Assembly: GCA_023247055.1 (NCBI GenBank)
Contig: JAHFHF010000003.1
Span: 36,367-100,366, forward strand
Direction: 5' to 3'
Source of the DNA: Candidatus Omnitrophota bacterium
GTDB taxonomy: Bacteria; Omnitrophota; Omnitrophia; Omnitrophales; Aquincolibacteriaceae
DNA: 64,000 nucleotides
Part shown: positions 1-7,783 of the stretch, piece after piece
Layout: each line of letters begins with the position of its first letter
Position numbering within the stretch: the stretch's first letter is position 1
Position numbers and translations under genes: made by a program
Notes under the pieces: model-generated
Seen by the model: only the letters and a program-made list of their open reading frames with translations
Told to the model about the DNA's origin: nothing
Database searches by the model: none

Positions 1-323
1 AAAATACAGTGATCGGTGTTTTTAATTGCTATACCGCCGAGGCGCATGAATTCAGCGAGGAAGAGATCCAGGTGCTTGGCGCAGTCGCCAATCAAGCGGC
101 GATGGCCATTGAAAATACGCAGCTGCTGGCGGATAAAATCGCAGCCGTCGAAGCCCTGGAGGCGCGCAAGCGGGTAGAGAAGGCCAAAGGCATTTTAATG
201 AAACGTCATCATATTAGTGAACCCGAGGCTTACCGGCTGCTTCAAAAACAAAGCATGGATAAGCGGCGTTCCCTGGGTGAAGTGGCAGAGGCAATTGTCG
301 TTTCGGCGGAAATCGCGCCCTGA
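1..323 (+). CDS. 3' end of a GAF + ANTAR (AmiR/NasR-type RNA-binding antiterminator) regulator; the gene continues upstream of the window
   Basis: The reading frame is open from position 3. The C-terminal motif KAKGILMKRHHISEPEAYRLLQKQSMDKRRSLGEVAEAIV is a typical ANTAR helix bundle. The upstream AIENTQLLADK resembles the end of a GAF domain. It lies just upstream of the nitrate-assimilation operon. Confidence 0.6.
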   Translation, partial: NTVIGVFNCYTAEAHEFSEEEIQVLGAVANQAAMAIENTQLLADKIAAVEALEARKRVEKAKGILMKRHHISEPEAYRLLQKQSMDKRRSLGEVAEAIVVSAEIAP

Positions 324-432
324 CCGAGTGCTAAAATCCGGCAAACCACGAGGGTTTTCCGAGGTTGCAAATAACGCCGCAAAGAAGCCATTGCGGCATA
401 CCGCTTGAGCAAAGGCGTTCAAATTGTTGGGC

Positions 433-470
433 AAAGGCGCTCATAATCCATGGACGCCTTTTTTGTTGGC
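433..470 (+). terminator. Candidate intrinsic terminator/attenuator in the leader between the ANTAR gene and the nas operon
   Basis: Stem aaaggcg / cgccttt (433-439 pairs with 455-461) with a 15-nt loop, followed by a T-run at 459-464. The stem is weak. A second 7-bp hairpin gccgcaa...ttgcggc lies at about 375-396. Confidence 0.3.
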
Positions 471-495
471 GCAAAACGTTTGAGAGGAACTTGAT

Positions 496-1914
496 ATGAA
501 TCGAAGAATGAACCCGTTTAACCGTATTTTTGGAGTGACGTTGATGACAACGCAGCTTTTGGCGTTGTTGATACAGCCCAACGCAGGCTGGGCGGCGCAG
601 CAGCCGGAAATTTTAAACAAGCTGGACCGCAAGATCGACCAGACGTTCCGGCCGCGCACGTTTTTTAATTACCGGATTAAAGCCAAAGTCGGCGGCCAAT
701 CGCGTTACCGGTTTGAATACCGTGACACCCTCAACCTGAATGATAGAACCTATGAAGACGACGCCATGAACCTTTTACGCAACCGCCTGAACCTTGATGT
801 GGGGTATTTGTCCGACAGCGGCGCCATACCCGCGCGTTTTTTTATTGAAGGCCAGGAAGCCCACGCGTTTACGGAAAGTGATGTTAACCAGACGAATGTG
901 TTTGTCAACGAAGTTGATTTGCGCCAGCTTTTCGTGGAATTGAAAAGCCCCTGGAAGAAAGCCCCGGTGACGGCCAAAGTCGGCCGCCAGGTTCTATCTT
1001 ATGGCGATGAGCGCTTTGTCGGCGGATTGGAATGGACCAATACGGCGCGAGTTTTTGACGCCATTAAATTGGTGTACACCCCGAATCCGCAGATCCAGTT
1101 GGATGCTTTTGCCTCGAACGTGGTCAAAATCGAAAAAGAAAAATGGGACCAGGCCACCAACAGCGACGATTTTTACGGCTTGTATCTCAGCACCAAGCCG
1201 TTTAAAAAATCGATGGACCAGGTGCTGGACAGCTTTCTTTTCATCCGTCACAACGATGACCGGACGCTTGCGGGCGAAAACAGCAAGCGCGGAGAGCTCA
1301 AAGAGTACACCTTCGGCAACCGTTTCAAAGGCAAAAAACTGGACTGGGATTACGGCACGGAGTATGCGGTCCAGCTCGGCAGCCGTTCCCACGATGAAAT
1401 CCAGGCCTGGGCCTTTCACCAGGAATTGGGCTATACGATTTCTAAACTGCCGTGGACTCCAAGAATCTACGGTGAATACAACCACGCGTCGGGTGACCGC
1501 AATCCTACGGACGGAAAATTCCAGACCTTTGACAATCTTTTTCCGACGAACCATAACAAATACGGGTACATCGATTTGATCTCGCTGAAAAATATCAACG
1601 ATTACATGATCGGGGCCAGCGTGAAGCCCCATACGCGCCTATTTTTTTCCGCGGACTTCCACTGGTTTGTACTCGATGCCAAAGAATCCGCTTGGTTTAA
1701 TGTCGCGGGCGCGGGGGGAACGGTGCGCGCCGCCAACGCCAATGCCGACGAGCATCTTGGCAATGAAATTGATTTGCTGGCCACGTATCAACTGACCGCG
1801 CGTGTGGGACTTTTAGCGGGCTACTCGCATTTTTTTGCCGGCCCTTTTGCCAAAGACACGGGAGCGCACGACGATGCCAACCTTCTCTATCTTCAAACCA
1901 CTGTTAATTTTTAA
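496..1914 (+). CDS. Outer-membrane beta-barrel porin (alginate-export/AlgE-like family)
   Basis: N-terminal signal peptide (MNRRMNPFNRIFGVTLMTTQLLALLIQPNAGWAA). Alternating amphipathic beta-strand pattern throughout. Aromatic C-terminal residue (…LQTTVNF), typical of outer-membrane proteins. First gene of the nitrate transport cluster. Confidence 0.5.
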   Translation: MNRRMNPFNRIFGVTLMTTQLLALLIQPNAGWAAQQPEILNKLDRKIDQTFRPRTFFNYRIKAKVGGQSRYRFEYRDTLNLNDRTYEDDAMNLLRNRLNLDVGYLSDSGAIPARFFIEGQEAHAFTESDVNQTNVFVNEVDLRQLFVELKSPWKKAPVTAKVGRQVLSYGDERFVGGLEWTNTARVFDAIKLVYTPNPQIQLDAFASNVVKIEKEKWDQATNSDDFYGLYLSTKPFKKSMDQVLDSFLFIRHNDDRTLAGENSKRGELKEYTFGNRFKGKKLDWDYGTEYAVQLGSRSHDEIQAWAFHQELGYTISKLPWTPRIYGEYNHASGDRNPTDGKFQTFDNLFPTNHNKYGYIDLISLKNINDYMIGASVKPHTRLFFSADFHWFVLDAKESAWFNVAGAGGTVRAANANADEHLGNEIDLLATYQLTARVGLLAGYSHFFAGPFAKDTGAHDDANLLYLQTTVNF

Positions 1915-2086
1915 CTTATGCATCGCGGCCCTGATTTTTTTGACGCTTCATCCGCAGCAGCCGGTCGGCAGGCAAGAGCCGGTCAAAAAAGTCAAACCAA
2001 TCACTGTTTTTAAAATTACCGGGCTCGTTTGAGCCGGAAAGAAAGAGGATAACTTATGAAAATATTTTTTGAGAAAATAAAGAGCT

Positions 2087-2183
2087 TTTGTCATTGCGAG
2101 TCCCGCGGGCATTTGAAGGGCGAAGCAATCTCGTTTTTGAAAGCGGGATTGCTTCGCTCCCTTCGGTCGCTCGCAATGACGGG
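2087..2183. repeat. MITE-like inverted-repeat element (GTCATTGCGAG … CGAAGCAATCTC family) overlapping the nrtA start
   Basis: Terminal inverted repeats ttgtcattgcgag (2087) and ctcgcaatgac (2171-2181). Internal inverted pair gggcgaagcaatctcg / gggattgcttcgctccc. The same words recur at more than 10 sites in the window. Confidence 0.7.
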
Positions 2184-3474
2184 CTTTGCTATTTTGATAT
2201 CTACGGCTGTTTTTGCCGCCGAACTGGAAAAAGAAGAGCTTACGCTGGGCATCATCAAGCTGACCGACTGCGCCCCGATCGTCATCGCCAAGGAAAAAGG
2301 CTTTTTTGAAGACGAAGGTCTGTCCGTCAAAGTCGAAGCCCAGGCCAATTGGAAAGTCCTCATGGACCGCGTCATCGACGGCCAGCTAGACGGTTCGCAC
2401 ATGCTGGCAGCCGCGCCGCTAGGGCACACGGACGGTCTTCTGACCAAAGCGCACATTGTTGTTCCGTATGTCATGGCGGAAAACGGCGCCGGAATCTCAG
2501 TCTCGAATGAAGTTTGGGAGCACATGAAACAGAATATTCCTCTGCAGCCTGATGGAAAGCCGGTCCACCCGATCAGCGCAAGCGCGATGAAACCGATGGT
2601 TGAAGAGTTTAAAAATGAAGGCAAACCCTTTAAATTGGCCATGACCTACCCAGTTGGAACGCATAATTACTCCTTTCGCTACTGGCTTGCGGCGGGAGGA
2701 ATTCACCCCGGCTATTATACAGCCACCGACACCAATGGTTTCACCGACGGCGATGTCCAACTTTCAGTGACGCCGCCGCCTCAGATGCCCGCGGTGCTGC
2801 AGTCGGGCACCGTACAAGGCGTCTGCGTCAACGAGCCCTGGCATACGCAGATTTCCACCCGTGGCATCGGCATGCCGGTGACCTCCAGCTATTGGTATCA
2901 CCGTGGGCTTCCCGATAAGGTCTTCGGTGTCACAAAAGAATGGGCGGACAAAAATCCCAACACGCTCAAAGCCGTTGTGCGCGCCCTGATGCGCGCCGGT
3001 AAATGGCTTGATGAAAGCAAAAAGAACCGGCGCGAAGCCAGCATTATTCTTTCCCAGCCGCAGTATGTGGGCGCGGACCCCGAAATTATTGCCCGCATGC
3101 TGATGGGATCGTTCGGCTACGGTGAAGACGATATCCGTGAAGAACCGGATTGGGACGTGTTTAACCGTGATTTTTCAACTTATCCGTATTATTCCGGCGC
3201 CATTTGGTGGCTCACGCAAGTCCGCCGCTGGGGCCAGCTCGAATCAAAGCCCGATGAATGGTACATCGAACTCGCTAAGAAAGTTTACCGCCCCGATCTT
3301 TGGGAAGCGGCTGCCAAAGAATTGGTTGCGGAAGGCAAGATGACCGAAGCCGAAATCCCACAGACCGATGGCTTTAAAGCACTGCCGGCCGAGAATTTTA
3401 TCGACGGCATTGCTTTTGACGGCAAACAGCCAAATGCCTATCTGAAAAAATTTGCGATCGGAAAGAAGGACTAG
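2176..3474 (+). CDS. nrtA: Nitrate/nitrite ABC transporter periplasmic substrate-binding protein (NrtA/CmpA family)
   Basis: LTLGIIKLTDCAPIVIAKEKGFFEDEGL and the overall NrtA architecture. Start chosen at ATG 2176 (MTGFAILISTAVFAA signal/anchor). The listed ORF start 2056 lies inside a repeat element. Confidence 0.8.
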   Translation: MTGFAILISTAVFAAELEKEELTLGIIKLTDCAPIVIAKEKGFFEDEGLSVKVEAQANWKVLMDRVIDGQLDGSHMLAAAPLGHTDGLLTKAHIVVPYVMAENGAGISVSNEVWEHMKQNIPLQPDGKPVHPISASAMKPMVEEFKNEGKPFKLAMTYPVGTHNYSFRYWLAAGGIHPGYYTATDTNGFTDGDVQLSVTPPPQMPAVLQSGTVQGVCVNEPWHTQISTRGIGMPVTSSYWYHRGLPDKVFGVTKEWADKNPNTLKAVVRALMRAGKWLDESKKNRREASIILSQPQYVGADPEIIARMLMGSFGYGEDDIREEPDWDVFNRDFSTYPYYSGAIWWLTQVRRWGQLESKPDEWYIELAKKVYRPDLWEAAAKELVAEGKMTEAEIPQTDGFKALPAENFIDGIAFDGKQPNAYLKKFAIGKKD

Positions 3475-3477
3475 AAC

Positions 3478-3903
3478 ATGTCATTCTCGCATTTGCGCGG
3501 AGGCAAATACGATCATGCATGTGATTGTTGATCCCATGTCATTCTCGTCATTGTCCCAACGCCGATGCGTTGAGACTATAAACGACTTGAAATTTGAGTT
3601 TTCCCATCATTGCGGGCATAAAGGTTAAAAAGTGTTGCTGTTTTTTAGCGAATGCTGAAGTAATCTCAGATCAAAAACGAGATTGCTTCGCCCTTAAACA
3701 TCACCGGCTCGCAACGACAAAAATAAGTGCAATGGCAGGCCCTATTCGAATCGAATCTATTATTCGAGAAAAGATCATAACGGACGTCACCTTTATTTTG
3801 TCATTGCGGGCAGTGTTCAATTTGAGGCCGAAGCAATCTCGGTTGCTCTTGAGATTGCTCCGCCGCACGCTAAAAAGCAGCACACGCCCGCAATGTCGAG
3901 ACA
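3478..3903. repeat. Cluster of at least 4 copies or fragments of the GTCATT(G/C)(C/T)GAG / GAAGCAATCTC inverted-repeat family filling the nrtA-nrtB intergenic region
   Basis: tcattctcgc (3481), gtcattctcgtcattgtcc (3538), tcattgcgggc…gagattgcttcgccc (3609-3695), ttgtcattgcgggc…cgaagcaatctc…gagattgctcc…gcccgcaatg (3797-3897). The listed ORF 3594..3923 consists entirely of these repeats. Confidence 0.7.
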
Positions 3904-3933
3904 GTGGACAAACATACAACTGAGGAAAATTCT

Positions 3934-4956
3934 ATGACAGAAAAAATAATTGGCGTGATGAGAATAGCCGGTTTTAACGTGTTTGTGCCGGTCATCCGGC
4001 TGATTCAGGGCGAGAACCGCGATGAACAACTGAAACTTTTGTGGCGGACTATCGGCATCCAGGGCGTGACGCTTGGGGTTTTCCTTGGGCTCTGGGCGCT
4101 CATCGCACCGCAGATTAAAACCAACCTGGGCCAGGTGCCAGGCCCGGCCCAGGTTTGGGAGCAGATTCAAAGTCTGAGCCTGGAGTATCGGATGGAAACC
4201 AAAAACCGCAAGGCGTTTGCGGTCACGGAAAAAGCGCGCGTGGAGCAAAAACGCGCGGAAAATCCGGGCCTGGAAGTCAAGATGCGCCGCTACAGCGGCC
4301 GGCCCACGTTCTTGGACCAAATCTTTACCAGTCTGGTCACGGTTTTTACCGGTTTCCTGCTGGCTTCGCTGGTGGCGATTCCGCTCGGCGTGCTTTGCGG
4401 TCTGAACCGGACCCTGATGAGCGCGCTCAATCCGCTGATCCAAGTATTCAAACCGGTCTCACCCGTAGCCTGGCTGCCGATCGTGACCATGGTGGTCAGC
4501 GCCGTTTACACCGTGCCGCAGCCCTGGCTGGAAAAAGCGTTTATCATTTCCGCCATCACCGTTTCGCTTTGCGCGATCTGGCCGAGCCTGATTAATACGG
4601 CGCTGGGCGTGGCGTCTATTGATAAAGACTACATCAATGTCGCGCGGGTTTTAAAACTGAAATTTTCGACCAAGATTTTCAAGATCGTGCTGCCGGCCGC
4701 GCTCCCGTACATTTTTACGGGCTTGCGGATTTCCTTAGGGGTAGGCTGGATGGTACTGATTGCGGCGGAACTTCTTTCGCAAAATCCTGGACTCGGAAAA
4801 TTTGTCTGGGACGAATTTCAAAACGGCAGCAGCCAATCCTTGGCGCGCATCATGGTCGCGATTTTTACCATCGGTCTGATCGGGTTCATTCTCGACCGCA
4901 TCATGGTGACTTTGCACAAATGGGTTAGTTTCGGCCACGGCACTGCCGGGGCTTAA
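3934..4956 (+). CDS. nrtB: Nitrate ABC transporter permease (NrtB family)
   Basis: Polytopic membrane protein with the ABC-permease signature region (…[12 protein letters not shown]…). RBS GAGGAA lies upstream of ATG 3934. Downstream of nrtA. Confidence 0.75.
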   Translation: MTEKIIGVMRIAGFNVFVPVIRLIQGENRDEQLKLLWRTIGIQGVTLGVFLGLWALIAPQIKTNLGQVPGPAQVWEQIQSLSLEYRMETKNRKAFAVTEKARVEQKRAENPGLEVKMRRYSGRPTFLDQIFTSLVTVFTGFLLASLVAIPLGVLCGLNRTLMSALNPLIQVFKPVSPVAWLPIVTMVVSAVYTVPQPWLEKAFIISAITVSLCAIWPSLINTALGVASIDKDYINVARVLKLKFSTKIFKIVLPAALPYIFTGLRISLGVGWMVLIAAELLSQNPGLGKFVWDEFQNGSSQSLARIMVAIFTIGLIGFILDRIMVTLHKWVSFGHGTAGA

Positions 4957-5082
4957 ATCTCGGACATGTCATCCTCGCCTCTGCGTGGAAGCAGAGACTA
5001 GGATGCGCATCTCTGTTGGAGCTGTGTCATCCTCGAATGCTTTTATCGAGGATCTAAAGCATTAGATTCCCGCTAGAAGCAT

Positions 5083-5210
5083 GCGGGAATGACACAACGC
5101 CAACAGCGTTGCGCATGACCGTCTCGGTCTCCGCACAGAGGCGGGAATGACACAACGCCAACAGCGTTGCGCATGACCGTCTCGGTCTCCGCACAGAGGC
5201 GGGAATGACA
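5083..5210. repeat. 58-bp tandem direct repeat, 2.2 copies
   Basis: The unit gcgggaatgacacaacgccaacagcgttgcgcatgaccgtctcggtctccgcacagag begins at 5083 and 5141, and a partial copy begins at 5199. Each unit contains the hairpin caacgc-caaca-gcgttg and the reverse-oriented GTCATTCCCGC word. Confidence 0.85.
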
Positions 5211-5233
5211 AAATACGACAAGGAGAAGGTTTC

Positions 5234-6079
5234 GTGGCATTTCTTGAACTGAAAAATGTTTCAAAGGGGTTCGGCGAAGGCGCGAAGCGCGTATCCGTGC
5301 TCAAAGATATTGATCTTTGTGTGGAAGAAGGCGAGTTTGTGGTCATCCTGGGTTTTTCGGGCACGGGCAAAACGACGCTGATTTCTTTGATCGCCGGACT
5401 GCTTGCGGCCGATCAAGGCGAGATTCTGTTGAAGGGAAAACCGATTGTCGAACCCGGGCCGGACCGGGGCGTGATTTTTCAAAATTATGCACTGCTGCCG
5501 TGGCTGACGGTTTACGGCAACGTCGCGCTGGCGGTCAACTATCTCTTCCGCGATTGGCCGGAAGAAAAACGCCGGCAGCATATCGAAAAATACATTGAGA
5601 TGGTCCATTTGACGCCCGCAACCCTGAAACGCCCTGCTGAACTCTCCGGCGGCATGCGCCAGCGTGTTTCCGTGGCGCGCACGCTCGCCATGAATCCTGA
5701 GATTCTGCTCATGGATGAACCCTTGAGCGCGCTCGATGCGCTGACGCGCGGCACGCTGCAGGGCGAAATCGAAAAAATCTGGGAAGAAAACCGCAAAACG
5801 GTTGTTTTGATCACCAATGATATCGATGAGGCCATTCTTTTGGCCGACCGCATTATTCCGCTCAAGCCGGAAGCCGAAGGCGCTTCGCTGGGCCCGGCCT
5901 TTGACGTGCGCCTGCCGCGGCCCCGTGACAAAGACAATTTCAATCACGATGCAGAATACCGCCGCCTGCGCACTGAAATCACACGTTATTTTTTAGAGTT
6001 GCAGTCTTTGAGGCGCGTCGAACAGACGGCGGAAACGATCGTGCTTCCCGAACTCAAACCCGTTTCATTGGCAGGCTGA
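5234..6079 (+). CDS. nrtC: Nitrate ABC transporter ATP-binding protein (short NrtD-like)
   Basis: Walker [13 protein letters not shown] signature LSGGMRQR, Walker B ILLMDEP. GTG start preceded by AGGAGAAGG. Confidence 0.8.
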   Translation: MAFLELKNVSKGFGEGAKRVSVLKDIDLCVEEGEFVVILGFSGTGKTTLISLIAGLLAADQGEILLKGKPIVEPGPDRGVIFQNYALLPWLTVYGNVALAVNYLFRDWPEEKRRQHIEKYIEMVHLTPATLKRPAELSGGMRQRVSVARTLAMNPEILLMDEPLSALDALTRGTLQGEIEKIWEENRKTVVLITNDIDEAILLADRIIPLKPEAEGASLGPAFDVRLPRPRDKDNFNHDAEYRRLRTEITRYFLELQSLRRVEQTAETIVLPELKPVSLAG

Positions 6080-6080
6080 C

Positions 6081-6920
6081 ATGATCGAAAAACCTTATCT
6101 GCATTTCAGCGGCATTTCAAAAATATTCACCGATCCCAAAGGCGAACCCTATCCGGCGGTGGAGGGCTTTGAGCTGCGTGTGGCCAAAGGAGAATTCGTT
6201 TCGATCATCGGGCATTCCGGCTGCGGGAAATCGACCGTGCTGATGATGACGGCGGGTTTAAGCGAAGTCGTGATCGGCGGCATTTTCTTAGACGACAAAC
6301 TCATCGACGAAGCCGGGCCTGACCGGGCGGTGGTGTTTCAATCTCCGAGCCTGCTGCCATGGCTTTCGGCCTTGGACAATGTGCTTTTAGGCGTCAACCG
6401 GGTTTATCCGCATGCCGCCAAAGAAACGCGGCTGGATCTCTGCAAATATTATTTAAACAAAGTCGGGTTGGGAAAAGACATCCATAAAAAGGCAGCGGAC
6501 CTTTCCAACGGCATGAAACAAAGGGTGGGGATCGCGCGTGCCTTTGCTTTGAAACCCAAACTTCTTCTCTTGGATGAACCTTTCGGCATGCTCGATTCGC
6601 TGACGCGGGCCGACCTGCAGGAAGTCCTTCTCGAGGTCTGGAACACAGAAAAGATTACGGCCCTCATGGTGACACATGATGTCGACGAGGCGATTTTTCT
6701 TTCCGACCGCGTGGTTATGATGACCAGCGGCCCGAGCGCCTGCGTGGGCGATATTCTCCCCATTTCTTTTGCAAGGCCGCGGCATAAGGCCCAAGTCATG
6801 GAACAGACCAGCTATTACCAGTATCGCGAACATTTGATCCGATTTCTCGAAGACGGCAAAGACAAAAAAGCTGCACACGGGATGGTGTCAAGCATTGGGG
6901 ATGGTGCCAGTCACTTTTGA
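6081..6920 (+). CDS. nrtD: Nitrate ABC transporter ATP-binding protein
   Basis: Walker A GHSGCGKST, signature LSNGMKQR, Walker B LLLLDEP. Confidence 0.8.
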   Translation: MIEKPYLHFSGISKIFTDPKGEPYPAVEGFELRVAKGEFVSIIGHSGCGKSTVLMMTAGLSEVVIGGIFLDDKLIDEAGPDRAVVFQSPSLLPWLSALDNVLLGVNRVYPHAAKETRLDLCKYYLNKVGLGKDIHKKAADLSNGMKQRVGIARAFALKPKLLLLDEPFGMLDSLTRADLQEVLLEVWNTEKITALMVTHDVDEAIFLSDRVVMMTSGPSACVGDILPISFARPRHKAQVMEQTSYYQYREHLIRFLEDGKDKKAAHGMVSSIGDGASHF

Positions 6921-6954
6921 AGCGGTGCCTGGCACCATCAACAGGAGCATCACG

Positions 6955-7635
6955 ATGAATCCTTTAAGCACCTGGGTTTACTTTTTCTGCGGGCCGTCAT
7001 CCGCAGACCTTTCGCACCAGCTTGAAGCCTGGAGAGGAATCCAGGATCATTACGAGGTTTTAGACGTTGTTCCCGTGTGCGGCGCAACCGCCGCGCCCTT
7101 GAAAATTCAAAGCCCGGTTTTGCGGCTTGAGACGCCTATTGTGCAGCCGCTGTTTTCCGCCGAAGCGCAATGGCTGGGAAATGTGCGCCATTTGCACTAT
7201 ACGCCGTCCGCCGTCCGCGCCGAACTGCAAAAACGGTCCGCTGTGCCGTACCCGCCGTCCGAGAACACAGTGGCGGTTTTGATTCCTATCCGCAAATCCG
7301 CCGGCTGGTGGAACCTGGCGCACGATGAGCGGCAAAAGTATTTTGAAAAAAAACCTGAAAGGCGGAACCATACGGCCATCGGTTATGACTATGCCAGAAA
7401 GATTTACCGTAAACTTTACCACGCGCGTTATTTGGATAAGGCGGCAGCGCCGGATTATGATTTTTTGACGTATTTTGAATTTCAAGCTGAAGACCGGCCG
7501 GTGTTTCAAAAACTGCTGCATGAACTGCGAGACTTGTCCTTAAATCCGGAATGGCAGTTTGTGGATTATGAATTAGAAATCTGGCTGAAGAAAACAGCCG
7601 TCTCAAGCCCCCTCCTTACCGCGAAAACCGCCTAG
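6955..7635 (+). CDS. Chlorite dismutase (Cld)/HemQ-family heme protein, short form
   Basis: The C-terminal half matches the family pattern V.VL.P.rK…WW.L…ER…H…GY…YDFLTYFEF…FQKLLHELRD…EW. Start at ATG 6955 with an AGGAG RBS. The listed start 6895 overlaps nrtD. Confidence 0.5.
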   Translation: MNPLSTWVYFFCGPSSADLSHQLEAWRGIQDHYEVLDVVPVCGATAAPLKIQSPVLRLETPIVQPLFSAEAQWLGNVRHLHYTPSAVRAELQKRSAVPYPPSENTVAVLIPIRKSAGWWNLAHDERQKYFEKKPERRNHTAIGYDYARKIYRKLYHARYLDKAAAPDYDFLTYFEFQAEDRPVFQKLLHELRDLSLNPEWQFVDYELEIWLKKTAVSSPLLTAKTA

Positions 7636-7698
7636 CAATTTCCGCTGTTCTGAAGAATCGCGATAACTGGCATGCTTCCTGCTTTACTAGCGCGGAAG

Positions 7699-7750
7699 CT
7701 TTTATTTTTATTACAAAATTGTATTTTTATTACAAAATTCTTTGAAGGAT
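7699..7750. promoter_or_regulatory. Tandem 18-bp repeat containing the palindrome TTGTA-N7-TACAA, about 35-85 bp upstream of nirB
   Basis: tatttttattacaaaatt occurs twice (7703-7720 and 7722-7739). The second copy forms ttgtatttttattacaa, a candidate CRP/FNR/NtcA-class operator. Confidence 0.35.
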
Positions 7751-7783
7751 TAAAAAAAATTAAGCTTTCCGGAGGTCTTTGGC

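Noticed and set aside
2056-2175. N-terminal extension of the nrtA ORF (MKIFFEKIKSFCHCESRGHLKGEAISFLKAGLLRSLRSLA)
   Set aside because: It is encoded by a MITE-like inverted repeat. The true start is the ATG at 2176, which precedes the signal-anchor sequence.
3594-3923. 109-aa ORF in the nrtA-nrtB spacer
   Set aside because: It is composed entirely of GTCATTGCGGGC/GAAGCAATCTC repeat copies. It has no RBS, and an antisense ORF of the same kind is also present.
7721-7739. NtcA binding site (GTA-N8-TAC) upstream of nirB
   Set aside because: The spacing is N7 (TGTAtttttatTACA), not the canonical N8. It is kept only as a generic CRP/FNR-class palindrome.
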